64,000 nucleotides of DNA. It comes from Octopus vulgaris. Lineage: Eukaryota. Positions 14,532-28,171 of this stretch are shown here, piece after piece. The DNA is taken from assembly GCA_951406725.2 (NCBI GenBank), contig OX597831.1, positions 32,116,001-32,180,000 of the forward strand, given 5' to 3'. Position 1 is the first letter of the stretch. The number at the start of each line of letters is the position of its first letter. Below the pieces are notes generated by a model. It searched no databases, was not told the origin of the DNA, and saw only the letters and a list, made by a program, of their open reading frames with translations. A program made the translations under genes and the position numbers.

Positions 14532-14540
14532 ATATATATG

Positions 14541-14589
<49 letters not shown>

Positions 14590-15094
14590 ATATGTATGTG
14601 TGTTTATACGTTTGTGTGCCTGTGTTTGTTCCCCCTACCATTACTTGAAAACCAATATTGATGTGTTTACATCCCGTAACTTAGCGGTTTGGCAAAAGAG
14701 GCCAATAGAATAAGTACTAGGCTTACAAGGAATAACTCCCAGGGTCGATTTGTTTGACTAAAGGTGGTGCTCCAGCATGGCCACAGTCAAATGAACGAAA
14801 CAAGTAAATGAGTAAAAATATTTTGCCAATTGTGGAAGCAAAACCAATTGATTGCAAATAAATTTTAACAACAAAATCTTATGTTGGAACCCCCCCCCCC
14901 AGCGCATTCCCAAGGGTCATGTGACCCAGTTGAGACTCATGGGTCTAAACCTTGAGTTGAATGAAACCTTGTGAGTAAAAGTTGCTGAATGGAAAAGCTT
15001 CAGAAACTCTATGTGTGTGGGTGTGTGCATGCATGCGTGTGTGTGTGCGTGTGTGTGTGTGTAGCTGCAGTGTGGCTGACTAGTTTGTTTTTTT

Positions 15095-15495
15095 TTACTA
15101 TCCTCAAGGGCTAAACACAGAGGGGACAAACAAGGACAGACAAACCGATTAAGTCGATTACATCGACTCCAGTGCGTAACTGGTACTTATTTAATCGAGC
15201 CCGAAAGGATGAAAGGCAAAGTCGACCTTGGCGGAATTTGAACTCAGAACGTAGCGGCAGACAAAATACCTATTTCTTTACTACCCACAAGGGGCTAAAC
15301 ACAGAGGGGACGAACAAGGCCAGACAAACGGATTAATCTGATTACATCGACCCCAGTGCATAACTGGTACTTAATTTATCGACCCTGAAAGGATGAAAGG
15401 CAAAGTCAACCTCAGTGGAATTTGAACTCAGAATGTAACGGCAGACGAAATACCGCTAAACATTTCGCCCAGCGTGCTAACGTTTCTGCCAGTTC
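15095..15495 (-). mobile_element. SINE with GCCTTTCATCCTTTCGGGGTCGATAAA..GTACCAG core, partial tandem duplication
   Basis: Two ~185-bp adjacent copies. The family also occurs at 10930-11830 (cluster), 15845-16070, 27012-27225 (+), 28170-28355, 41330-41810, 42205-42420 and 58720-58925. Confidence 0.8.
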
Positions 15496-17937
15496 CACAA
15501 CCACAGGGTCTTGAGTTCGATACAGCCTCAGGTTGATCTATACTTTGTGAACAAAATTAGGAAGATGGAAACTGTACAGAAGCCAATCAGGTGGATCGTA
15601 TTTGTATTTCTAAAAGTTCAGTCTTGTCGTATACTTAGTCGCACTGATTCTGCTTGAGAATTAGCTACAACATCATTAAGGGAATGTATGCCTGGGGAGT
15701 GCTCCACTGCTTATATGTTAATTCAGGAGCAGATAATTCAATTCATTGAACAAATGAATCCTCATTATCGAACAAGTGAAGCTTCATTGTCGACCAAGTG
15801 AATCCTCATCTTTAAATGATGATGATCCATCCATGTATATATATTCCTTTACTACCCACAGGGGGCTAAACATAGAGGGGACAAACAAGGACAGAAAAAG
15901 GGATTGAGTCGATTACATCGAACCCAGTGTGAAACTGGTACTTTATTTATCGACCCCGAGAGGATGAAAGGCAAAGTTGACCTAGGTGGAATTTGAACTC
16001 AGAATGTAACAACAAACGAAATACTGCTAAGCATTTCACCCAGTGTGCTAACGTTTCTGCCATCTCGCCACCTACTTTCAGTTTCTGTCTACCAAATTCA
16101 CTCATAAATCTTTGGTCAACTCTAGGTCCATGTATATATGCGTATGTATATGTACATATATGAGTGTGTGTGTGTGCATGTAGGGCAATAGAATTGGTAC
16201 ATTGAACAAAAACATCTTGAGGTCCCATTCTAAAATAATACTGTTGTAGTGTTAAATTTGTAAAGGGTGGAACCTGTTGTTGTTTAACACCAGGTGAGTC
16301 CTGATCCACAAAACCTAAAGCTATGATCATCTCATCTTTTTCCTCAGGTATAATGTATCTAGGACTAGATTATTTAATGTGCCCTTGTTGTTACTGGTTA
16401 TTTTCAGACCAGTCATTAAAAAACAAAAAAATAAACCCTACAATTAAAGGTGTTCCAGCCATGGCCATCCTGTCTTTTATTCGTAATTTATCTAGGACTA
16501 CACTAACTAATGTGTGCTTAGGCACAGGTGTGGCCGAGTGGCAATAAGCTTCCTTCCTAACCACACGGTTCTAGGTTCAGTCCCACTGCATGACACCTTG
16601 AGCAAGTGTCTCATACTACAGCCTCGGCTCACCAAAGCCTTGTCAATGGATTTAGTAGGTGGAAACTGAAAGAAGCCTGTCACACACACACACACATACA
16701 TGTGTGTGTTTGTTCCTCACCACTGCTTGACAACCATTGTTGGTGTGTTTACATCCCTATAACTTAGCAGTTTGGCAAAAGGGACCAATAAAATTAGTTT
16801 TGGTATGGATTCACTCAACAACAAATTCTTCAAGGTGATGCTCCAGAATGGCCGCAGTCGAATGACTGAAACAAGTGAAAGATGGAAATAAAAGCTAGCC
16901 CTGGTTCAGAAAACCTATAATTAAAGATGCTCCAGCCATGGCTATCCTGTTTATAGCCTTAATGTATCTAAGAGTAATTAATGTCCCCTTGATATCGTTT
17001 AGCCTGAAGTTAGCCATGTTTCAGAAAATCAATAATGAAAAGTGTTTTAGTGACGATCATCTTGTCATAGTATATCTAGGAGTACATTATTTAGTATGTC
17101 TTTGTTTTCTTTTTGTTTAGTCTCAGGTCAACCCTGATCCAAAGTTGTTCCATCTATGAATCTCTTCTCAGCAGAGATTCTTCCTTTACCTCAAAAGTAA
17201 CCTGGGTCTTAGTCAAGCGCAATACAAGAAGATACTTCAGCTTACAGAGAACTGCCATGATGGACTTAATAGTTTAGCAACTTACACATACAGTAAATGT
17301 ACTTCACCCAACCATATGGTTCTGGGTTCAGTCCCACTGCGTGGCACCTTGGACAAGTGTTTTTCCATAGCCTTGGGCCGACCAAAGCCTTGTGAGTGGA
17401 TTTGGTAGATGGAAACTGAAAGAAGCTTGTCATATGCATATGTGTGTGTGTCTGTCTGTTTGTCCCCCACTTGACAACCGGTGTTGGTGTGTTTATGTTT
17501 CTGTATCTTTTAGCAGTTCCACAAAAGAGACCGATACAACAAGTACTAGGCTTTAAAAAAATAAATGAAAGAAGAAATGGGCTCGAATCGTTCGACTAAA
17601 TATCCTTCATGCGATGCTCCAGTTTGGCCTGGCCACAGTTTAATGACTGAAGTAAAAGGAAAGAACACACCCACACACAAAGTAATGAGATAAAGAGAGG
17701 GAGAGGAGGGAGGAGAAGAAAGGAGAAGCCTACGACGGAGTGGAGTGAGAGACTGATGCAAGGGAGATAATCAATAGAGACTGACTAGTCATTGCAGACA
17801 ATTCAGATCTTGACGTGTGTGTGTGTGCATTTTCTCTTTTCAATTATTTGAAATCTTCCTCTAAGGAAGGAGCTGGTTTCCATCAAAGACACAAAGTTCC
17901 ATCGTTGGAATGGAGATAACAAAAACAACGTCACATT

Positions 17938-18595
17938 TTAACCCTTTCGTTACCGTATTTCTGTTGAGATGCTCTGTGTTTCTTCCAATTAATTTTAAAT
18001 ATAACAAAGAATTTACTAAAATAACTTAGTTATCATTAAGCTAGTGTTAGGAACATAAATTGTGACTAAGGTTTGGTGGAAGATTTTAATTCAAAACTTA
18101 CGAAAACAAGACATTTGTATTACAGAGCCAGAGCTGGTTTCAGCCAGGTTGGTATCAAAAGTGTTAAGAATTGTTTCTCTATTATATATTTTAACCCTTT
18201 ATTTATCATATTTCTGATGAGATGCTCTGTGTTTCTTTCAATTATTTTTATTTTTTAGTTGTATTTAAAAAAATTTTTTTTCTAGTTTTTTTTTTGTGTA
18301 GTTTTAGTTCAGAGCTGCAGCCATGCTGATGCACCACCATTAAAAAATAAATATACGAAAGGTAAATTCGACATAGGTGAAATTTGAACTCAGAACGAAA
18401 AGACAGACAAAATACTGCTAAGCATTTCACCCGGCGATCTAATGTTTCTGCCAAAAGAATTTAGTAAAATAACTTAGTTATCATTAAGCTACTGTTAGGA
18501 ACATAAATTGTGACTAAGGTTTGGTGGAAGATTTTAATTCAAAACTTATGAAAACAAGACATTTGTGTTACAGAGCCAAAGGTGGCTTCAAAGGT
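17938..18595 (+). mobile_element. Tandem pair of piggyBac-like MITE family 1 (second copy interrupted by SINE fragments)
   Basis: Shared body aaagaatttagtaaaataacttagttatcattaagctagtgttaggaacataaattgtgac. Confidence 0.7.
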
Positions 18596-19607
18596 TTGCT
18601 TTGTAATGTGTGAATTAGAAGGTGGATTTTTTTTTGTGGAAACCCTGGCTGATCCAGATCGTCACTCAGGTATTTACACACAAAACCAAATACACCAATT
18701 TTTATTGGTATAAAATGTAGTTTTATAATCTGGACACAGAAGCTGTACGTATGTGTCCAGTCCTAGAGGAGGCAGGAGAGGAATGTCAAATTGGTGACGG
18801 TGGACAAATGTAGCATTTTGCCCACATTATTAGGGTCTAGAATCTGGGGCCATATTGTCAGGAACTGGGCGGGGGTAGGGGTATGTGGTTGACAAAGATG
18901 AAAATGGAAAGATGACACCAAGAACTGGACAAGGAGGAACCTGGTGGATTGTAAAGCTGTAGTATTGTATCACAGTGTGTGTGTCCATGTGGATATGTGC
19001 GTGGGGTTGTCTGAATGCCAATGAACCCTCTCCAATAAAGATGGGAATATTTATTATCATCATCAGCATCAATGTATGTGTATATGTACATGTAAATTTA
19101 TATATTGTGGATACACCATCAATGTTGGCCACTCAGGTCATGCCCAAAACCATAAGTATTAGTTATTAAATCTAAAAAAAAAGTAAATAATTTTCAATTC
19201 ATTTCAAAAAATGCTAATTTAATCTATGAAATTTGATGCAAAATTGATAATTGGCAAATATTTTGAAGCTGGACAGACAAGATTTGTCAGTGTCTTTCAA
19301 TGAGAATATATTAATTACAAGTGTGTATCTTAACATGTCAGGATATTAAACACGACATGAGGTCTTGATATATGGGGAAATGACTAGTTTAATATCATAG
19401 ACAGTGTGGCAGACAAGTGACGAGTTAGCTGAATATGACAGACAGGGGGTACCTTGAGTTGTGACAGACAAGGGGTACTTTACTTGAAGGTACCACACAA
19501 GGGGTACATTAGTTGAATGTGATAGATATGGTGTACAAGAATAACTGGTACATTTAACAGCACCGTAAAAAAGGTGGCTACTAAAATGATAACTATAATG
19601 ATATAGT

Positions 19608-19976
19608 GGAGGCACAATGGTCCAGTGGTTAGGGTAGCGGACTTGTGGTCATAGGATTGCAGTTTTGATCCCCAGACAGGGTGCTGTGAGTGTTTGTTGA
19701 GCGAAAACACTTAAAGCGCCACGAGGCTCTGGCAGGGGGTGGTGGCGAACCCTGCTCTACTCTTTCACCACAACTTTCTCTCACTCTTTCTTCCTGTTTC
19801 TGTTGTACCTGTATTTCAAAGGGCCAGCCTTGTCACACACTGAATCTCCTTGAGAACTACGTTAAGGGTACACATGTCTGTGGAGTGCTCAGCCACTTCC
19901 ATGTTAATTTCATGAGCAGGCTGTTCCATTGATTGGATCAACTGGAACCCTCGTCATCGTAACCGACGGAGTGCCA
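19608..19976 (+). mobile_element. tRNA-derived SINE (37117 type)
   Basis: Colinear with 37117-37504. Confidence 0.85.
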
Positions 19977-20191
19977 TAGGTGATCACATACGTATACTAT
20001 ATATAGGTCCAGGCATGGATGTGTGGTAAAAAGCTTGCTTTCCAACTACATGGTTCTGGGTTCAGTCCCACTGTGTCGCACCTTGGGCAAGTGTCTTCAA
20101 CTTCTAGCCTTGGGCCAACCAAAACCTTGTGAGTGGATTTGGTAGATAGAAACTGAAAGAAGCCCATTGTATATATATATATATGTATATA

Positions 20192-20396
20192 CAGTAATAC
20201 CCTGAGTATCATGGGTGTTACATTCCAAAACCTCCCACAGAAATAATTAAAATCTAAGAAAATATAAACACCTATCAGCCACAGAAACCTGTATATACTG
20301 AGGAGTTCATGATAAAAATTTACATATATTAGCCAGAAAAATCTGTGATGTACTGAGGGCACGATAGGTGAAATGCAATATGGCAAGGGATTACTT
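20192..20396. mobile_element. Pogo/Tigger-like MITE remnant
   Basis: TA|CAGTAATACCCT...AGGGATTACT ends. Related pieces at 40140-40205 and 40700-40760. Confidence 0.4.
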
Positions 20397-22734
20397 TATT
20401 TATATGTGTCTTTGTGCATGTGGTTGTCCCCATCACTGATGTCAATGTGTTTATGTTTCTGTAACTTAGCGGTTCAGCAAAACGGACCAATAGAATAAGT
20501 CCTAGGGCTGATTTAAAATGGTGCTTCAGCACAGCCACAGTCAAATGTCTGAAACCAGAATAAAAGAATACACACACTCACATAGCTACAATTACATACG
20601 AATAGAAGCAGGCATGGGAGTCTGTGTGTGTGTGTTTGTGAATTAACATGTAAAAGCATGCAATGCATCTCATTATCAGCACTCAACAGCCGTTTTTCAT
20701 GCCGGCATGGGTTGTATGGCTTGAGAGGAGCTAGCAAGCCAGAGAATGGTACTAAGCTAGTCTTCTTTGGAAGGGATTCTATGGCAGAATGCCCTTCCTA
20801 ATACCAACCAATGTACAGAATGTACTGGGTGCTTTTTACATGGCACCAGCACCGGCAGGGGTCACAGGGTAACTTGCATGACAATGGCCCCCTTGATTGG
20901 GATGGGGGAATAGTATTGAAGGAGGTTGCTTTTGGGCCAGCTGATGAGAGTTTCAAGAGTATAATTGAGGGGTAGAGATAAGGGTCTTGCTGTAGAGATA
21001 AATGGTTACCCAGCTGGAAAAAAAAAGAGGGGTAGAGAGACAGACAGAAATAGAAAGAGAGAGAGAGAGAGAGAGACAGAGGAAGAGGAATAGTGGTGGA
21101 GAGATGTTGGGACATACACTGAAGGTACAGAGGAGGGTGGATATAACTGGTACAGGGAATTGGACAAGATGAGTGGGGCGTGAAGGACATAGAGAGGGGA
21201 GAAGTTTCATAAGAGTGTAAGGTGGGTTGGTTAGAGATGTAAATGTGTGTGTGTGTGTGTGTGTGAGTATGCATAAATACATAGAAATAAACAAATAAAA
21301 AAATCAGAACAAAAACCAAAACAAAAGGAAAATTCCATCAAACGAATTTATTCCATTGATCAAGAGAGATCAGCCAAATATTCACAATTGATACCAAAAA
21401 TATAGAAATATATAAATAGGATATTACACAGAGGCAAACAACGAATAAATAATTAAAATAATATAAATAATGATAATAATAATAAAGAAAAATAAATATA
21501 ACAACGTAAAATGAAAGTTTAATAAAGCAAAGCGATAATCGAAATCGTAAATACACAGCACTATGTACAATCTATCTATCTATCTATATATATATATTAC
21601 ACACGTGTTTCTTTTAAATAAAATTTCGGTTTCTTGAAATTATCGGGAGTTCTCTCCCTTGCTCCGTTTTTTTACCTTTAATTTCAAATTGCAGCCCAAC
21701 ACTCATGCATAGCGTTGTGTGTGTATGTACATATATCATCATCCTCATAATTTAACGTACGTTTTCCATGCTGGCATGGGTTGGACGGTTTCACTGAGGT
21801 CTGGAAAGTCAGTGGCTGCACCAGGCTCAATCTGATCTGGCAACGTTTCTACAGCTGGATGCCCTTCCTAACGTGTGTGTGTATGTATACATACACACAT
21901 ACATACACACGCACATAATTACACATGTATACCTATGTGCATGTAAACACACACACAATTATATACACAGACGTTTACACATACCTACGGATCTTTGAAC
22001 CTAAGTCGACCAGTAAAATTTTCAACACTGATCCAAGATCCCTAATTTGATGATGGCTTCTGATGGATAAATAAACCCCGTCTCTTCCCTTGGATGGTTG
22101 AAAGATAGAATTGACACTGATAACAATCATTGTAATATAAATAATAATAATAATAATAATAATAGTCACTTTGATGGCATGCACTGCTCTCTCTCCTTCA
22201 ATAATAATAATAATGATAATAATCGTTCCTATTCTCGGCACAAAGCCTGAAAATTTTTGGGGTGGGGATGCTTGACTGAAACTTGTTTTATTGTCCCCAA
22301 AAGGATGAAAGGCAAAGCTGAATTCAGTGGAATTTGAACATAGAACATAGTGACAGACGTAATGTTGCTAATAATAACTGTCATCATCATCATCATCATA
22401 GCATGAACTGGACAGTTTGACAGGAACTGGCACGTCAGAAGACGGTACCGGCTCTGTTTGCCTTGGAATGGTTTCTATGACTGGATACCCTTCCTAGCAC
22501 CAGACACAATACCACCAGTTTTAAGGGGAAGTGGATGGTCAACACCATCAACCCAAGTACCTGACAAGTACTTTATTTTATCGACCCCAAGGGGATGAAA
22601 GGTCAAGTTGACCTTTTAGTAATTTGAACTCAGAATGTAAAGAACTGGATGAAATGCTGCTAAGCATTTTGTCTGATACAAGAACAGTTCTGTCAGCTGC
22701 TATAAAGATAATAATAGAAATAATAATTTCTAAC

Positions 22735-22812
22735 TTCACCAGCAGCAGATGTCATCCCTGCTGTAGATGAAGAGCAGGTCTTGTAGCCCACATGCGAGCC
22801 TGCCAGAGATGA
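22735..22812 (+). mobile_element. LINE C-terminal zinc-finger remnant (RTE-like)
   Basis: FTSSRCHPCCR*RAGLVAHMRACQR* fits the Cx2C..SRxGLxxHxR terminal motif. Confidence 0.55.
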
Positions 22813-23574
22813 TTTCCAAACAAGAACAGACAACGTTGACCTATGACTGACAGCTGATAATGAATAACTTCTAAAACTGGTCCAGGGCCAACAATATTTG
22901 GAGAAGATAAGGTTAATTAAATTGGAAGCCAGTTCCTTGCTGGAATACAGTTATCACAGACCAAACTGGAACTCTAATGTAGAGGAATATAATTAAATAA
23001 TCACAAGGAATTTTGTCTGCTACACTGTGATTCTGGTAGCTCAGTGCCAAATGAAGAATAATGGTCATTGATGTAAGTCATTTCTCCATGGACAGATCTA
23101 TGATATAGAGGTAGCCTCTGGTCATTCCCACATGGACAAATGTATAACAGCGAAATAGCTACATGTCATCTCCACATAAACAGATCTATGGTATAGAGGT
23201 AGCCAGAGGTCATCTATACATCTGGCATCAATAATCAATCAATCAACTGATCCACTTATTAAGTGGAAATAGGGGCAAGAAATTCAGGGTTGCCACAAAG
23301 AGAAGCCCCAGTTTCAGTTCCATGAATGGATATTTATAAATGCTTGGGGGGGGGGGGGGGCTGTATCCATGGGTGACTGGGGATGTGGGGCAGATGGGTT
23401 AGTGGAATTAATGAATAACTTGTTAGGAAGTAATTAAAAGTAATATTTGTAAAGAAAATTAATATGAAGCATCTTTTCTTTGTAAGAGGAAATTCTTCAA
23501 ATGGTGAAGAATGTTGAAATGATAATTATTATTGTTGGAATAATGGTATTATCAGATTTCTGAATAACAGATTA

Positions 23575-23588
23575 GTTGCTATGACAAC
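23575..23588 (+). promoter_or_regulatory. RFX X-box-like motif
   Basis: GTTGCTATGACAAC versus the palindromic consensus GTTGCCATGGCAAC. Half-sites lie at 23645 and 23741. Confidence 0.3.
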
Positions 23589-26452
23589 AGTAGTGGAGTT
23601 AATCTGGAAAGCAATCAGTGATTCATTTGATAAATGAGTTAACCGTTGCTATGATGGTTCAGAGAATTGGTTATGTATATATACATACATACGCACACAT
23701 ATTAATATATTTATATATCTTACTCATTCATTTATCATCCGGTTGCCAGGCTGGCATATGCTAGACTATATAGATGTGTGTGTGTATATATATATATGTG
23801 TATGTATGTATGTATGTATGTTTATAACACATGCATGCACATGTGCGTGCACACAGACATACACGTAAATTTAATTTATAAATATCTGTCTCTCTCTCTC
23901 TCTATCTATACACACACACACACACATATTCATATGTGTATATATGTATATCTGTGCGTATTTTCATAAATGTATATCAGTATTAGTAAATGCGTGTTGT
24001 GTTCCATGCTGGCATGGGTTGGACAGTTTAACAGGAGTTAATAAGGAACATGGCTCAGTGGTTAGGGCATTGAGCTTACGATTGTGAGGTTGTGAGTTTG
24101 AATACCGGACCGGGTTGCGTGTTGTGTTCTTGAGAAAGATACTTTATTTCACGTTGCTCCAGTTAACTCAGCTGTAGAAATGAGTTGCGACGTCACTAGT
24201 GTAAGAAAATAACTCAGAGACACTCCAATGGACACAAAGTTAATGAGGCCCCTCAACTCTTGAGCTGCTCATCTAAGATAACTCCATACAAATCCTGCAT
24301 CCTGGTAATGACAGGGTTTGTGACACTTGTTGCCAGCAGATCACTTCACACACACACACACACACATATATTTATAAATGTGTATACATGTATATCTGTG
24401 TGTATTTTTATGAATGTATATCAGTATTAATAAATGTCTGTTTTGATCTATCTACATGAATATATATATATATATTAAGCAATCTATTTACACACACGTG
24501 TATGTGCGTGTTGCATAGATACATGTATGTATATATACACTTTCATTTGTATCAGGTACCAGGCTGGAGAAGCATAGTGTGGTACCAACATACTAAATTC
24601 GATGATTTGATTATGAAATGGTTTGTCTTTGCCACAAAGAAACACACAGTATGCTTTTTAAAACATTTATATATATATAAGGATGACCAGATCAATAATG
24701 TGACAAGTTGTGTGGGACAGGAGGACAGAGAGGTCAATAATTGCTGATGATTGTAACCATGGTACACGAAGACAGATGTTTAAGTGATACGTAATAATAA
24801 CTAAACAGATTTGAGTGTGTATATTAATTTTATGGTAATTTTTAAATATGTTAAAGAAATATAAACTAAAATATTTAAGTTAGTCAATAACTAAAGATAT
24901 TTTCTTACCATGTAACTTGGTGGGGTAGTGTGGGGGAATAATCTACTTCTAAGTGTATATTTACATCCCCGCCCCATCTATGTTACAGGGTGGTCAGCCA
25001 TCTACAGCTGAGTGGATTGGAGCAACATGAAATGAAGTGTTTTGCTGAAGAACTCGTCATTGGAAAAAGGCAACTCAGAGACAGTCCAATGGACCCAAAG
25101 TATATGAGGCCCCTCAACTCTTGAGCTGCTCATCTAAGATAACTCCTTGCAAATCCTGCATCCTGGTAATGACAGGGTTTGTGATACTCGTTGCAGCAGA
25201 TCGATACAAGTCTGGAGAATGAGAGAATTGGACTGGCTCTGCACAAACCATGTCCGTTATAATGACAGTCATTATGTAGGGCGTTTAGAAAACCAAGTAC
25301 CCATCGTCATTGGTAACTCTGTTCTGTTGGACCCTCATTCATTAAAGAGACAAGAAAGTCCCAATCTATCTGTCTATCTATCTACCTATCAATTGATAAA
25401 CAGACAAACAGATAAAGTCAATATAAAGTCAACAGTTGAGCATGGTATAAAACTAAGAAAGGAACTTCATTCCGGTCTAAAATAAATTAATTAACCATTT
25501 CTCATCATCATCGTCATCATCATTTAATGTCCATTTTCCATGCTGGCATGGGCTGGATGGCTTAACAGGAGCTACTAAGGCCAGGAGTTGGACCAGGTTC
25601 CAGTCATCTGTTTTGGCACGGTTTCTATGGCTGGATGCTCTTCCTAATGGCCACCCACTTTACAGAGTGCACTGGGTGCATTTTATGTGGCACCAGCACC
25701 AATGCTTTCTAATTACATTGTGATCTTGGGTAGTGAAGTGATTTAAAAATTGAATAAAAAGTATTTTTTGTTTTTATCACAAGTTTGTCTCAGAAACTGG
25801 TAGTATTTCAAAGTATTTAATTTCAAAACTAAAATTAATTGAGATTCCTTACATTAAATTATTCTTCAACCAAACATTTTTATTGGGAAATATTAATAAA
25901 TGCACAACACAGTCACAAATACATGCAGAAAATGGATGAAAGACACAACACTGACATAATTTTAAGAAGCATGCTTGTTGGCCTGTCTATCTGCCTATCA
26001 GTCTGTCTGTTTGTCTGTGTCTGTCTCTGTATACAGGGGTAGCACATGGAAAAGTAGCCTGGGTGCCATAGCATAGTCTAAATACAGAAATAAATTATAC
26101 ACAGACATAAAAGCAGCCGGCCTTTTCGTTTGCAAGGGTCCTGCCATTTCGACTGAAAAAATAGCATGAGGTGCTTTTTGCAAACAAAAGGTTGAGTGTT
26201 TGAGTCACTTTGTCATTTCAGCTGATTTTAAAATAATAATAATTTATATATCTGTCTACCTATCTATCTTTTATATATATATATATATACACACAAACAC
26301 ACACACCCACAGACTGATATAGACATGCACGTTTACTTAAAGATAAATAATGTGAAAATAATAGAGAATACAACTCCATACGCGCCAATTCACACACTCA
26401 TGCACACACACAAAGACGACATTGAACTCTCTCTGAATTTAAATACTCTCAC

Positions 26453-26473
26453 CTTTTGTAATCCACTTGAGTT
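26453..26473 (-). CDS. Candidate 21-nt in-frame microexon (NSSGLQK)
   Basis: tttttatctttatgctag|AACTCAAGTGGATTACAAAAG|gtgaga. Phase 0-0, compatible with exon G, with a (CT)n tract further upstream. Confidence 0.6.
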
Positions 26474-26506
26474 CTAGCATAAAGATAAAAATAAATAAAT
26501 AAATAT

Positions 26507-26543
<37 letters not shown>

Positions 26544-26608
26544 GGGACTTAAGAATAAATATAGATTCAAGTAATAATTCAACATAGTTACCTCCAAAAA
26601 TTACAATG

Positions 26609-26639
<31 letters not shown>

Positions 26640-26976
26640 GATAAGAGAGGGAAAGAAAAGAAAAATAAGAGCAAAATATTGGAATAAAACCGGTTTCTTC
26701 AGGGGAGACGGGAAGTGGGGTGGAGTGGTGGTACTTCTATACAATCAATCAATGAAACCTCAGAATATAACTGGTATCTATTCGTTTCTCTATGAACTGG
26801 CTTTCCAACAAGGCTACATTCAGCAAGTCCAGTCAGTCTTACAAAAAGAATTTTCTTTCATTTTCAGTCTATAAACATTTTCACAGTGAACACACACACA
26901 CACACACATACGCACGCATGCGCATGGCTGCAGTCAAATGACTGAAACATGATAGGCAGAGCAACATACAAATCTC

Positions 26977-27010
<34 letters not shown>

Positions 27011-27226
27011 AAAGGTGGTGAGCTGGCAGAATCATTAGCACGCTAGACAGAATGCTTAGCAGTATTTCTTTCCCCTGTCGCTACATTCTGAGGTCAAATT
27101 CCGCCGAGGTCAACTTTGCCTTTCATCTTTCAGGGGTCAATAAATTAAATACCAGTCAAGTACTAGGGTTGATGTGATTGACTATCCCCCTCCCTATCAA
27201 ATTCCAGGTCTATAGTAGAAAGGATA

Positions 27227-27276
<50 letters not shown>

Positions 27277-27330
27277 AATTTTTTTTTTATTTCATTCTTC
27301 TGCATTTTTATTCATTTTTCAACTATTTTA

Positions 27331-27366
27331 CTTCCTGAAGAAGAGTTTATGCTTAAAACATTAAAG
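27331..27366 (+). ncRNA. Decayed minimal hammerhead-like motif (Penelope pLTR remnant)
   Basis: CTTC-CTGAAGA-AGAG tttatg CTT-AAAAC-ATT-AAAG. The CUGAAGA box is intact and the GAAA box is mutated. Confidence 0.35.
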
Positions 27367-28140
27367 ACACTCCTACTTAATCTTTCTTTGACTCTCAAAC
27401 TAATTAGTTGCACCTTGTTTAATTTTACTTTCTGTGTTGACATTCTCATAATTAATTTTAATATATAAATATCTATCAAATATGTGTATGTGTGTGTGCA
27501 CACATACATATTTAGATTATGACAGAAGGTTTTAATTTCAATCAGTCTGAAATGGGAAGTTTGAACCATAGAACTATGGGACAGTTTCAAGGTTAAATCA
27601 ACAATGGTACTTGATTGACAGGAACTTATTTTATTGAGCCCCAGAATTATGGAAAACTAAATCACTTCAAGAGAGATTTGAAATCTAAATCAAGGAGTTT
27701 AAATAACAGCAGATATTTTGAAGAGCACTTTACCAGCCATGCATCATTTATAATTCACTTTAAAATATAAAAATTCATTGAAATTAAATCAGATTTAAAA
27801 CAGCCCAAAGAAACTGCTACAATGGCAGTCACTTCTTACTAAGATCTTCTGAACCAAACACAGAAACCTGAAACCAAAGAAATCAGTTGTCTTGGCTACA
27901 GTTTATAGGAAACGTGGATGTAATGAATTGGATTCATGTTACTGTCATAGAGGTGGTTTCAATGGATCTGAAGACCTAATTTTCAGCAATGTGATGGAGT
28001 TAAAAATGAGAACAGCGATTTCATATTTCCAAGGCAATTTCCCATAACATCTAATTATATAAAGAGAAAAAACACACACAAACAAACATGCATACATCAC
28101 TCAGACTCATGTGCTAATAATAGTAACTATAGTAACGTGG

Positions 28141-28171
<31 letters not shown>

